Assembly (NCBI GenBank): GCA_022827055.1
Contig: JAJDTR010000088.1
Span: 9,043-73,042, forward strand
Direction of reading: 5' to 3'
DNA length: 64,000 bases
Source of the DNA: Candidatus Poribacteria bacterium
GTDB lineage: Bacteria; Poribacteria; WGA-4E; JAJDTR01
The notes beneath the pieces were generated by a model, which made no database searches, was not told the DNA's origin, and saw only the letters and a program-made list of their open reading frames with translations. Shown in pieces: positions 20,148-29,201 of this stretch. How positions within the stretch are numbered: the stretch's first letter is position 1; every line of letters starts with the position of its first letter. A program made the position numbers and the translations under genes.

Positions 20148-22715
20148 ATGGGAAATCTGAGAACTTTGCTTCGGTTGGCTTGGCGAGACGCATGGCGCCG
20201 TCCGCTTCAAAGCCTGTTTTTCGTCATCGGTGTGTCCATCGGCGTAGCGATGATTATTGCCATAGACCTTGCCAATTCGTCTGCAAATCGGGCGTTTACC
20301 ATCAGTACAGACGCCGTTGTCGGCAAAGCGACACATCAGATTGTCGGTGGGCCGAACGGAGTGGACGAGAGCGTCTACGTCCAGATCCGGCGTGAACTCG
20401 GTTACCGCGATAGTGCCCCTATCGTTGAGGGGTACGTCAGGGTGAAGACGCTTAACGGGCAACCGATGCGTTTGCTCGGCGTCGATAGTTTCGCTGAACG
20501 TCCGTTTCGCGAGGAACTTGGTACGGCAAAGATTGCGGGGTTAAATCAAAGGTCGTTCAGCGCGTTCATGGCAGAACCGAACACTGTCCTAATAGGAGCA
20601 AATGTCAGTGACGAATACCGGCTCCCCATTGGCGAGAGTTTGGAAATACAGGTAGGGAGTTACCACCACAAACTGCGAATTGTCGATGTGATTGCGTCCG
20701 AAAACAGGCGGATTCGACGTTCGCTGAAAGATTTGCTGGTGACCGATATTGCCACCGCGCAAGAGATATTTGCGAAAATTGGAAAACTGGACCGAATCGA
20801 CCTTATCCTACCAGACGCTCCGTTGCATACGACAGCACTCGAGCACATCGAATCAATGCTTCCACCCGGTGCCCGCATCGAAAGCTCGGATGCCCGCCAC
20901 GGCGCGGTCATCGAGATGACGAAAGCCTTCCGACTAAATTTGACTGCGCTGAGTTTGTTAGCCTTAGTGGTGGGTATGTTTTTGATTTACAACACGGTAT
21001 CGTTTAGCGTGATTCAGCGGCGCGCGGTGATTGGGCGGCTGCGCGCCATCGGGATGGCACGGGGCGAAATCTTCGCCATGATTCTTGCTCAAGCGACTGT
21101 GCTCGGCATTGCTGGCGCGTTGCTCGGCATTGGGTTGGGAATCTTCCTTAGCCGCAGTGCGATTGGAATGGTAACCACCAGCATCAATGACCTATTTTTT
21201 GTCAGCAACGTGCGGGAAATTGATGTGTCAGCACTGACGCTTCTGAAAGGTGGGTTGCTCGGTATCGCGGCTGCGATGACTGGAGCACTAATACCGGCGT
21301 ATGAAGCGACGCGAGTGTCCCCGGTCGGTACGCTTCAGAGGAGCACTATCGAAACTCGGACACGCGGATCACTTCATCGAATCAGCATTGCCGGCGTTGC
21401 CGCGCTGCTGCTTGGCGCGGGTACCCTTCTCCCCGATTGGCATCTCGGGCTCACATTTCTGGGTGTGCTTGCCGTATTGGTCGGGATGGCGCTCCTGACA
21501 CCGTCGCTCATGCGTGGATTTGCGGCGTTAGCGGCGACTCATTGGCTGCGGCGAAAGATTCCTATTCTGGGAAACATGGCGGTTCGGGACATTGACCGCA
21601 CATTAAGCCGAACCTCTACCGCTGTTGCCGCGCTCATGATCGCCGTAAGTGTGATTGTCGGGGTAAGCGTTATGGTTGGGAGTTTTCGCATGACTGTTGA
21701 ACGGTGGCTGACAGATCTATTGGGGGCAGACATCTTCGTCTCGCCGCCGGCAGTCGCCAACAGTCAGATGACGGAGAAACTCGATCCGGACGCCGTCAAG
21801 TTGTTTGAGACATTTCCGGGCATCGCCCGAGTTGCCACGGCTAGGAGCGTTGAAATTGATTCCAAGGACATAGGCCGTATTACCTTGAGCGCCATCACTC
21901 GGGACATTGCAGGGGAAAAGCGTCACTACAAATCCGCCGTCGGAAATCACGCCGAAACGTGGGATGCGTTCCGATCAGGCGGACTCATTGTCAACGAGCC
22001 GTTAGCAAACCGGTACAAACGCTCACTCGGCGATACGATAACGCTTCTCACGGATAGAGGAGAAGTCCCCTTCACAATTGTTGGTGTGGTTTACGATTTC
22101 GATGTGCGGCCGGGAGCGATGATGTATGATGCTGTCTACCGCAATTATTGGGACGATCCGCACCTTTCGTCTGCCGCACTTTTTGTCCAACCCGGCGTCG
22201 ATGTTGACGAGAAGATCGGATCGTTAAAATCCGTTTTCGGAGGCAACCTGGAGCTCGTCATCCGCTCAAATCGAGCGCTGAGGGCCGATGCACTTGCCGT
22301 GTTTGACCGCACGTTCAGCATCTTCATTGCGCTGCAGATGCTCGCGGCAGTGGTTGCATTTATCGGGGTACTTTCAGCTTTGATGAGTTTGCAACTGGAA
22401 CGGACGCGCGAGATTGGCACTTTGCGGTCTCTCGGCATCACACGCGGTCAGCTAGCAAGACTGACGCTCCTCGAAACGGGATTGATGGGCGTGATCGCCG
22501 GATTAATCGCAATGCCCACCGGTCTGGTGCTTGCTGCGATTCTGATATACATCATCAACCTCCGCTCTTTCGGATGGACACTGCAGATGCAGTTACAACC
22601 TTCACAGTTCACCCTCGCGTTCGTGGTCGCCCTCGTTTCCGCTTTATTGGCGGGCATCTATCCCGCATGGCGTATGGGACAGATGCAACCCGCCGAGGCG
22701 TTGAGAACAGAGTAA
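20148..22715 (+). CDS. ABC transporter permease, FtsX-like (two-module, 855 aa)
   Basis: N-terminal TM helix. Periplasmic domain. Two FtsX TM bundles. C-terminal YPAWRMGQMQPAEALR. Confidence 0.8.
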   Translation: MGNLRTLLRLAWRDAWRRPLQSLFFVIGVSIGVAMIIAIDLANSSANRAFTISTDAVVGKATHQIVGGPNGVDESVYVQIRRELGYRDSAPIVEGYVRVKTLNGQPMRLLGVDSFAERPFREELGTAKIAGLNQRSFSAFMAEPNTVLIGANVSDEYRLPIGESLEIQVGSYHHKLRIVDVIASENRRIRRSLKDLLVTDIATAQEIFAKIGKLDRIDLILPDAPLHTTALEHIESMLPPGARIESSDARHGAVIEMTKAFRLNLTALSLLALVVGMFLIYNTVSFSVIQRRAVIGRLRAIGMARGEIFAMILAQATVLGIAGALLGIGLGIFLSRSAIGMVTTSINDLFFVSNVREIDVSALTLLKGGLLGIAAAMTGALIPAYEATRVSPVGTLQRSTIETRTRGSLHRISIAGVAALLLGAGTLLPDWHLGLTFLGVLAVLVGMALLTPSLMRGFAALAATHWLRRKIPILGNMAVRDIDRTLSRTSTAVAALMIAVSVIVGVSVMVGSFRMTVERWLTDLLGADIFVSPPAVANSQMTEKLDPDAVKLFETFPGIARVATARSVEIDSKDIGRITLSAITRDIAGEKRHYKSAVGNHAETWDAFRSGGLIVNEPLANRYKRSLGDTITLLTDRGEVPFTIVGVVYDFDVRPGAMMYDAVYRNYWDDPHLSSAALFVQPGVDVDEKIGSLKSVFGGNLELVIRSNRALRADALAVFDRTFSIFIALQMLAAVVAFIGVLSALMSLQLERTREIGTLRSLGITRGQLARLTLLETGLMGVIAGLIAMPTGLVLAAILIYIINLRSFGWTLQMQLQPSQFTLAFVVALVSALLAGIYPAWRMGQMQPAEALRTE

Positions 22716-22830
22716 TGGCGGATGGGAAGGATGGAAGACGGGAAAACGAGAGAGCGAGAAAACGGGAGGGAAGTGGTGAGGGGAGGAAGGATGGAAGATG
22801 GGAAGCGTGGAAGAGAGGGAGTGGTTAATG
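22716..22830. repeat. Purine-rich imperfect direct repeats (GGATGGAAGAYGGGAA units)
   Basis: Two to three copies of a roughly 30-bp G/A-rich unit immediately after the permease stop. Gives a low-complexity GKDGRRE-type translation. Confidence 0.5.
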
Positions 22831-23132
22831 ACCAGAAGATCTCTATTAGGATTAGCTATCGCGCGGGATTTACTATTGGTCTTGCACTCTGGAGGAGCGA
22901 TATGTCTGTAGGAAAACGATAGCACCTTCTTCCGCTCCAGCGGAAGCGGCATATCTAAAGGTGTATTGAGTGATTCACGTAGCCCCGAAGAGCGGCAACG
23001 GGCAACTGGACAGTCCTGTATCATTTCTATAGAAATAAAGTCGCGACCTGGAGATCGCTCCTACAGTGCGTATGTCGTATTTGTGCAAATATGAATGTAA
23101 CTGACCATTATAACGAAACTCACTCGTATACG

Positions 23133-24269
23133 ATGAACAAACCACTGACACTTTTCACTACCATAATTCTCGCGTTAGGTCATTTTGCCCACGTTAGCGG
23201 GGACACAAGCCAACGGAACATCACAGAAATACTAAGCGAGGAAAGCGAGGATAAATTTGCTCGTGCCGTAGAGCCCTTGGATTTTGTGTTTCCCACGGAC
23301 CACGGACCGCATCCCGACTACAAAACCGAGTGGTGGTACTATACCGGCAACCTGAAGGCGGAGGGCGGGAGAGAGTTCGGCTATCAACTCACCTTTTTCC
23401 GAAGGGCGTTGGCGGTGGAGATACCCGTGCGAAAATCGCGTTTAGCGACAAATCAGATTTACATGGCGCATTTCGCCCTAACCGACGTTAAGGCAAAGAC
23501 GCACACCAGTTTTGAACGATATAGCCGCGGCGCGGGTGGATTGGCTGGCGCACAGGGGGAACCTACCTACGAGGTTTGGCTTGAGGATTGGTCGGTATCT
23601 CAGGGTGGTACGGGTGTTTTTCGTTTGCGAGCGGTTGACGACCAGATTGAACCGCGTATCTCAATCGATTTGAAACTGCGAGAAACACGTCTACCCCTGC
23701 TGCACGGACTCCGGGGGTTGAGCCAAAAGGGTCCCGAGCATGGGAACGCGAATCACTACTACAGTCTCGTCGGACTGGACACAGAGGGCACGATTATCAG
23801 TCGTAGAGAAACGTATAAAGTTTCGGGTAAGAGTTGGATGGATCACGAATTCGGGACAAGTGCCTTCAGCAAAGGCGTGGTTGGCTGGGATTGGTTCGGA
23901 CTGCAACTCGACGATGGCACCGCCCTGATGTTTGGTCGATTGCGTAAAAGCGAAGGAGGCGAAATCGGCATCTTTGAGGGAACGGTTTCGTACGCCGACG
24001 GGCGACGGATTCCAATCCAACCGGGGGAATTCACGGTGACGGCAACGGGGAGTTGGAGAAGTCCAGAGACCGAAATCACCTATCCTTCCGGTTGGCGGGT
24101 GGAATTTCCGTCTCTTGGTATCGAATTGCGCATTGAGCCGCTAATTTCAAATCAGGAGCTATACAGCGGTTTTACGTATTGGGAGGGCGCAGTTTCGGCG
24201 GAGGGAACAATCCGGGAGGCGCCGTCAACAGGTCGCGGCTATGTCGAGTTAACGGGCTACACCAAATGA
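23133..24269 (+). CDS. AttH/CrtC-like lipocalin-domain protein (hydroxyneurosporene-synthase-like fold)
   Basis: Signal peptide from MNKPLTLF. HPDYKTEWWYYTGNL...GYQLTFFR motif typical of AttH/CrtC family proteins. These are often encoded next to AttEFG-type ABC transporters. Confidence 0.6.
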   Translation: MNKPLTLFTTIILALGHFAHVSGDTSQRNITEILSEESEDKFARAVEPLDFVFPTDHGPHPDYKTEWWYYTGNLKAEGGREFGYQLTFFRRALAVEIPVRKSRLATNQIYMAHFALTDVKAKTHTSFERYSRGAGGLAGAQGEPTYEVWLEDWSVSQGGTGVFRLRAVDDQIEPRISIDLKLRETRLPLLHGLRGLSQKGPEHGNANHYYSLVGLDTEGTIISRRETYKVSGKSWMDHEFGTSAFSKGVVGWDWFGLQLDDGTALMFGRLRKSEGGEIGIFEGTVSYADGRRIPIQPGEFTVTATGSWRSPETEITYPSGWRVEFPSLGIELRIEPLISNQELYSGFTYWEGAVSAEGTIREAPSTGRGYVELTGYTK

Positions 24270-24308
24270 TGGTGAAATTGGGGAGTAAAAGTAACGTCTA
24301 CTGAAAAA

Positions 24309-24329
24309 GGAGGGGAATTTCTCCCCTCC
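24309..24329 (-). terminator. Rho-independent terminator hairpin (8-bp GC-rich stem, T5 run on minus strand)
   Basis: GGAGGGGA-ATTTC-TCCCCTCC. It is followed by TTTTT on the minus-strand transcript and sits just downstream of the minus-strand lipoprotein gene. An A-run precedes it on the plus strand, so it may act weakly in both directions. Confidence 0.6.
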
Positions 24330-24421
24330 TTCAACTGACTCAGGAGTGTGTTGACACGACAAGAGCACATCATGATACGGCTAGATGACATACTCGCGTG
24401 GAAAACTCGGTTCCTATGGGT

Positions 24422-25321
24422 TTAGTCTCCCCATGCCGGTCCTCGATCAGGCACCCACAGCATCATTCCCGCTCTAAGGCGCCGCGGGTTAAAGTCGGAG
24501 TCGTCTTGGTTTGCCTCGACCAATCTTTTCCAAAGGTTGGCGTCGTCGTAAACCTCGGGGCGTCCGGCAATGATCGGGAGTGTTTCGCCTTGTCGAACTC
24601 TATATTTGCGAACCTTTTCCGGATACGAGACTGAAAAGCTGGAACTGTGACTGGCTGTTTGGGCGTTGCCCTTTGCGTCTTTGAAATCGGACACGGTGAC
24701 CATATATTTGCGGCCCGCCCGCATCGGCTCATCGGAAGTGAACGTGACCATGTTTCCAGTGCCGCTCACGCTGCCGGCAACATCACCCGATTCCTTACTA
24801 ATCGATTCGGGAGTTGACTCCACCGTTACGGACACCATTCCGCTCATGCTATCCACATCTTCGCTAAACGTAAATGATATCGTGTTTCCCACGTTAAGCG
24901 AATCTTCATAATCGGAGATGAGCGTGCCGTCTGGCGGATCTACCGAGGTCACGGTCGGCGGTGTTGCATCGGTATAGGTGAACTTCTGCGCGAGCGTCGC
25001 CGGTTTCTCAACTTTTTTCTTGTTGGTCACGACGACTGCCACCGACTCGCCTGCGGTTCCGGCGGGAGTCACGGCGGTAATCTCGGTCTTGCTTGGAACG
25101 GTTACACTTTGGGCGCTATTGCCGCCGAAGGTAACGGTGACGCCGTTTTTCATGTCGAACTTCTCGCCACTAATTCGCACGGTCGTCCCGCCTGTTTCGG
25201 GGCCTTCAGTGGGACTCATGCCCGATGGCAGCGGTTCGGGGTTACATCCTCCGCACCCGGACATCCAGACAAGCGCAAAAGCCAATGCGATAGTCGTAGT
25301 AATATTTCTGAGTTGAATCAT
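24422..25321 (-). CDS. Secreted lipoprotein with Ig-like (SbsA/Big-like) domains and C-terminal LysM-like motif
   Basis: Lipobox LVWMSGCGGC after signal peptide starting MIQLRN (25321). T/S-rich beta-sandwich repeats. C-terminal YRVRQGETL...LWVP. Confidence 0.5.
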   Translation of the reverse strand: MIQLRNITTTIALAFALVWMSGCGGCNPEPLPSGMSPTEGPETGGTTVRISGEKFDMKNGVTVTFGGNSAQSVTVPSKTEITAVTPAGTAGESVAVVVTNKKKVEKPATLAQKFTYTDATPPTVTSVDPPDGTLISDYEDSLNVGNTISFTFSEDVDSMSGMVSVTVESTPESISKESGDVAGSVSGTGNMVTFTSDEPMRAGRKYMVTVSDFKDAKGNAQTASHSSSFSVSYPEKVRKYRVRQGETLPIIAGRPEVYDDANLWKRLVEANQDDSDFNPRRLRAGMMLWVPDRGPAWGD

Positions 25322-25560
25322 GGGATCTTTTCTCCTGAACAGTGTGGTTTTGAAAGGGATTCTATCTCTTGATACTAGGGGAAACTTGAGTCCACAACAC
25401 ATCCTAAGTATACAGGTTAATGAAATCTTTGTCAACAGTTTTTCTCTGAGGTGCAGGGGCAATCTCGTCTGATGCCAAACACGATCTACGCAATAAACAG
25501 AAATGATAATTATCTACGGTGATTTCATGCCGCCGGGTACTCGCAGGGAACGACGAATAA

Positions 25561-25662
25561 TCTCTGTGGGAACTCCATCGCACAGGATTCACTATCGCAG
25601 GATTAGCTATGAACTCTATGGGAATTCTATCGCGGTCATTATTCATTCGCTTGATCCTACAG
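25561..25662. repeat. Dispersed repeat family A (CTATCGC / TCGCTTGATC element), copy 1
   Basis: Shares TCTATGGGARYYCTATCGCGG...TCGCTTGATCC with the five other copies. Confidence 0.6.
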
Positions 25663-25877
25663 TCTGAGGTGACTGCCCCGTCCTTCGAGTCATGCATCCT
25701 TCCATGTCCCTCTGGCGGTGATATTGAATTTGCTTGACAGTCCTACCCCTCTTCTCTATAATGCAGATTCGGGTATAAGAGTAAAATCCGGCACGGTCAA
25801 CGATCCTATGAAACTTCATGCGTCCCGCACAGTTAACTCCTCATGCGGTGAACAAAGGCAGTTTACGGCACACGGAG

Positions 25878-26005
25878 GATCTCTATCGCGTTAAGATCTC
25901 TATCGCGCTCGCTATCCACTCGCTTGATCCTATCCGGTCACTTGATCACTCGCTATTCGCTCGCTTGATCTATTCGCTCGTTCGATCCTTATTCAGTCGC
26001 TTGAT
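25878..26005. repeat. Dispersed repeat family A, copy 2 (internally reiterated TCGCTTGATC x4)
   Basis: ctctatcgcg x2 then cactcgcttgatcc / tcgctcgcttgatc / gtcgcttgat sub-repeats. Confidence 0.6.
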
Positions 26006-26073
26006 ACTGCTGCTTTGAAACTATGTCATATACTCTTAGGAAGCAGACTGTAAACCTCGGGAGGTAATGACTC

Positions 26074-26517
26074 ATGTCGACGTTGAAACGGATTCTCGGG
26101 TTTGTCCTTTTAGCTACTGCGGTTGTCGTGGGTATAAACTGGGTAATTACCCCAATACACCACGACGGATCTCCGCAATACCCGGTCTGGAAGGTTGTGA
26201 ACTGGTTCATGGCGTTCTCCGTGGTGGTTGCGCTAATCACGAATATAGCCCGCAAACGTGCCGTTGGAAGTGAGGGAGCGGACAGCCCGATCACACGCGA
26301 ATACTTGGAAGCCAACGTGGCTTTCTACGCATCGCTTCTGTTGGCTCCTTGGTTCTTCACCAACTTTTTGACCTACGACTTTTTTATAGATAACATACCC
26401 GCTGCCGGTTTAGAGGCAAAAGATGTCTGGTGGGAATTCATTGACGGTTTATTCGTGCTAGTGACTGGATCGACAGGCTGTCATCTATGGCGAAGCGCCC
26501 CGGACTCCCAAGGTTAG
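26074..26517 (+). CDS. Small membrane protein (hypothetical)
   Basis: 147 aa with 4 predicted TM helices. No recognisable motif. Confidence 0.45.
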   Translation: MSTLKRILGFVLLATAVVVGINWVITPIHHDGSPQYPVWKVVNWFMAFSVVVALITNIARKRAVGSEGADSPITREYLEANVAFYASLLLAPWFFTNFLTYDFFIDNIPAAGLEAKDVWWEFIDGLFVLVTGSTGCHLWRSAPDSQG

Positions 26518-26633
26518 CGGAGAGCAGTGTTTTAGGCGCTCTGCCTAGGTTTTCTAACTCGACAGAATCCTCGAAAGTTGATTCACAGGACATATGACCA
26601 TGGTTTTCCCACTGATTTGAAGGAGGTTCCGAC

Positions 26634-27509
26634 ATGTTCGAAGGATCCTTCGTCGCGCTCGTAACGCCGTTCAAGGACGACGAATCGCTCGACGAAAGCA
26701 AGCTCAAAGAACTCCTTGAGTTCCAGATCGAAGGCGGCACAGACGGGATTGTTCCTTGCGGCACAACCGGCGAATCCCCCGCGCTTTCGGATGAGGAACA
26801 CAATCGCGTCGTCGACTTGACCGTCCAAACTGTAGATGGTCGTGCCCCGGTGATTGCAGGAACGGGTTCAAATTCGACAACGCACACATTGCACGCAACG
26901 GAACATGCGAAAGCCGCCGGGGCGGACGGAGTGCTCATTGTCACGCCGTATTACAATAAGCCGACGCAGAACGGTCTGTATGCGCACTACATGAAGATTG
27001 CCGACAGCGTGGACATCCCGATTATCATCTACAACGTTCCCGGTCGATGCGGTACGGACATCCTGTCGGAAACGGTTGCCCGGCTTGCCGAACACCCGAA
27101 CATCGTTGGGCTTAAAGAAGCCACGGGACAACTCAATCGCGCCAGCGAAGTCATATCCATGTGTCCCGACGATTTTGTCGTGCTCTCGGGCGATGATGTA
27201 AATACGTTGCCCATCCTCTCGGTCGGCGGAAGAGGCGTCATTTCTGTCGTGGCAAATGTAGCACCCGCGCCGATCGCCGAGATGTGCAGCGCCTTCAAAG
27301 CAGGTAACGTGGACGTCGCTCGAAAACTGCACTATGAGACCATGCCGTTGGCGGTTGACCTCTTTATCGAGACAAACCCCATCCCCGCGAAAACCGCTCT
27401 GATGTTAATGGGCAAACTCAACGGGAAGCTGCGTCTCCCTCTCGCGCCGATGACGCCCGCGAATTTGGAGCAACTGCGCCGCACCATGGAACACACGAAT
27501 CTGATATAG
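26634..27509 (+). CDS. dapA: 4-hydroxy-tetrahydrodipicolinate synthase
   Basis: GTTGE motif, active-site Lys context (VGLKEATG), 291 aa. Confidence 0.9.
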   Translation: MFEGSFVALVTPFKDDESLDESKLKELLEFQIEGGTDGIVPCGTTGESPALSDEEHNRVVDLTVQTVDGRAPVIAGTGSNSTTHTLHATEHAKAAGADGVLIVTPYYNKPTQNGLYAHYMKIADSVDIPIIIYNVPGRCGTDILSETVARLAEHPNIVGLKEATGQLNRASEVISMCPDDFVVLSGDDVNTLPILSVGGRGVISVVANVAPAPIAEMCSAFKAGNVDVARKLHYETMPLAVDLFIETNPIPAKTALMLMGKLNGKLRLPLAPMTPANLEQLRRTMEHTNLI

Positions 27510-27568
27510 GAGTTTGAACGTTGTCACAGCGTTCCGCTTAACGGAGCACAAGTCCCGGTTGGCAGCTA

Positions 27569-29179
27569 ATGAAGTTCCAACGCAAGCTACTATTGACCTT
27601 TACGGGGATGGCGCTGTTTCCCACAATTATCCTCGTTCTGGTCGCCTACCATCTGATTAGCCAAAGCATTGAACACTGGGCGGACTATAAGATCGCGGCG
27701 ACGTTGGAAAATTCGAAGAAGCTTGCCTATCAGCTTGAACTGTATGAAAATCAGCCGCTGACGTTTACGGCTGAAGAGTTGGCGCTTGACCCGGATTTGG
27801 TAGCTGCTTTGGAAACGCCAGCCGATCCCAGTCTCATCGATCAGCGAATGTCCGAACTCGCTGATGCGTATCAGGAATATATCCTCACCCTGTACGATCC
27901 ATCGGGACAGGCGATTTATCGCACACATCCCGACATTCCGCCAACGGACCTCACCGATTTTCTTTACCCTTTAGACGAGTTGCCCGAGGAGCCGACCACG
28001 TCCGAGGAATTGAAGGGCGAAGGGGTTTTAATTTCCGGGATGCCTATCTTTTCAGAAGACGGGACCTCTCGACTCGGAGCAATTGTCGTTGGCAAGCTGA
28101 TTCCGTTAACTACAGCTCAGGCGCGCGACCAATTGGCGACGATTCAGGGTCGGGTCGACGCCTTGACGACAAATATTGGAGCGTTAGCTACGGGTATCGA
28201 CGAAGATCAACTGGAATACCGGCGAACGGAAATACGATCAACTTTTATCGCGTTGTTAATCACTGCCGCCGTGGTGATTGCGCTCTCGTTTTGGTTGAGC
28301 CGCATCCTCGCCAAAGGCATTAACACGCCGATCCAGTCGATCGTAAGAGGCACGGAGGAGATAGTCGATGGAAACTTGGACTACGAGGTCAATGTTCGAA
28401 GCAAGGATGAGTTCGCGGTGTTGGCGCGCGCTTTCAATCAGATGGTCGGCGACCTGCGGCGGCGGACGGAGGAATTGAAACGCGCGGAAAAAATCGCGGC
28501 GTGGCAGGAGATTGCGCAAAAACTGGCGCATGAGATTAAGAATCCGTTGACGCCGATTCAACTCTCCGCGCAGCGCCTTCATCGCCGCTACCATAACAAC
28601 CCGGGCGAATATGCTGATGTGCTCGAACAGTGCACGCAAACAATCGTTACAGCGGTTGAAGGTCTGCGTCACCTGCTTGACGAGTTTTCGCAACTCGCTC
28701 GACTGCCGGCGCCGGAGTTATCGACTCTCAAGCTGGATGAAGTTGTCGAAGCCACGATAGACATATTCGGAGAGTTTCCGGATCATATTGATGTCCAAGT
28801 AGATGTCCCTTCTGATTTGCCGTCCGTTGTAGGAGATGTCGAGCATCTGAAGCGAGCGTTCCTGAACCTGATTAAGAACGGATTCGAAGCCATGGAGGAC
28901 ATGGAGAAAGGTACATTGACCATTCGGGTGTTTCCTTCCGCCGATAAATCCAAAGTGCAGGTACATTTCGCGGACACCGGAAGAGGAATTCCTCCCGAGG
29001 TGCGGGAGAAGATATTCACGCCGCATGTTTCGACAAAAAGGGATGGCATGGGACTCGGATTGGCAATCGTCAAGAAGATTATGACGGATCTCGGGGGCGA
29101 CATTCAGCTTGAAGACGCCCAACCCGGACAGTCGGGGACGACATTTGTGTTGTGGCTAAGGACGACCGCGAGTGATTAA
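27569..29179 (+). CDS. Sensor histidine kinase (two TM helices + HAMP + HisKA + HATPase; NtrY/AtoS-like)
   Basis: H-box LAHEIKNPLTPI, N-box LIKNGFEAM, G-boxes DTGRGI / GMGLGLAIV. Confidence 0.85.
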   Translation: MKFQRKLLLTFTGMALFPTIILVLVAYHLISQSIEHWADYKIAATLENSKKLAYQLELYENQPLTFTAEELALDPDLVAALETPADPSLIDQRMSELADAYQEYILTLYDPSGQAIYRTHPDIPPTDLTDFLYPLDELPEEPTTSEELKGEGVLISGMPIFSEDGTSRLGAIVVGKLIPLTTAQARDQLATIQGRVDALTTNIGALATGIDEDQLEYRRTEIRSTFIALLITAAVVIALSFWLSRILAKGINTPIQSIVRGTEEIVDGNLDYEVNVRSKDEFAVLARAFNQMVGDLRRRTEELKRAEKIAAWQEIAQKLAHEIKNPLTPIQLSAQRLHRRYHNNPGEYADVLEQCTQTIVTAVEGLRHLLDEFSQLARLPAPELSTLKLDEVVEATIDIFGEFPDHIDVQVDVPSDLPSVVGDVEHLKRAFLNLIKNGFEAMEDMEKGTLTIRVFPSADKSKVQVHFADTGRGIPPEVREKIFTPHVSTKRDGMGLGLAIVKKIMTDLGGDIQLEDAQPGQSGTTFVLWLRTTASD

Positions 29180-29201
29180 AAATACAATACGGAGGAAATA
29201 G

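Noticed and set aside
22722-22922. 66-aa ORF (MGRMEDGKTRERENGRE...) in the purine-rich tract.
   Set aside because: Low-complexity translation of a G/A-rich repeat with no start context. More likely non-coding.
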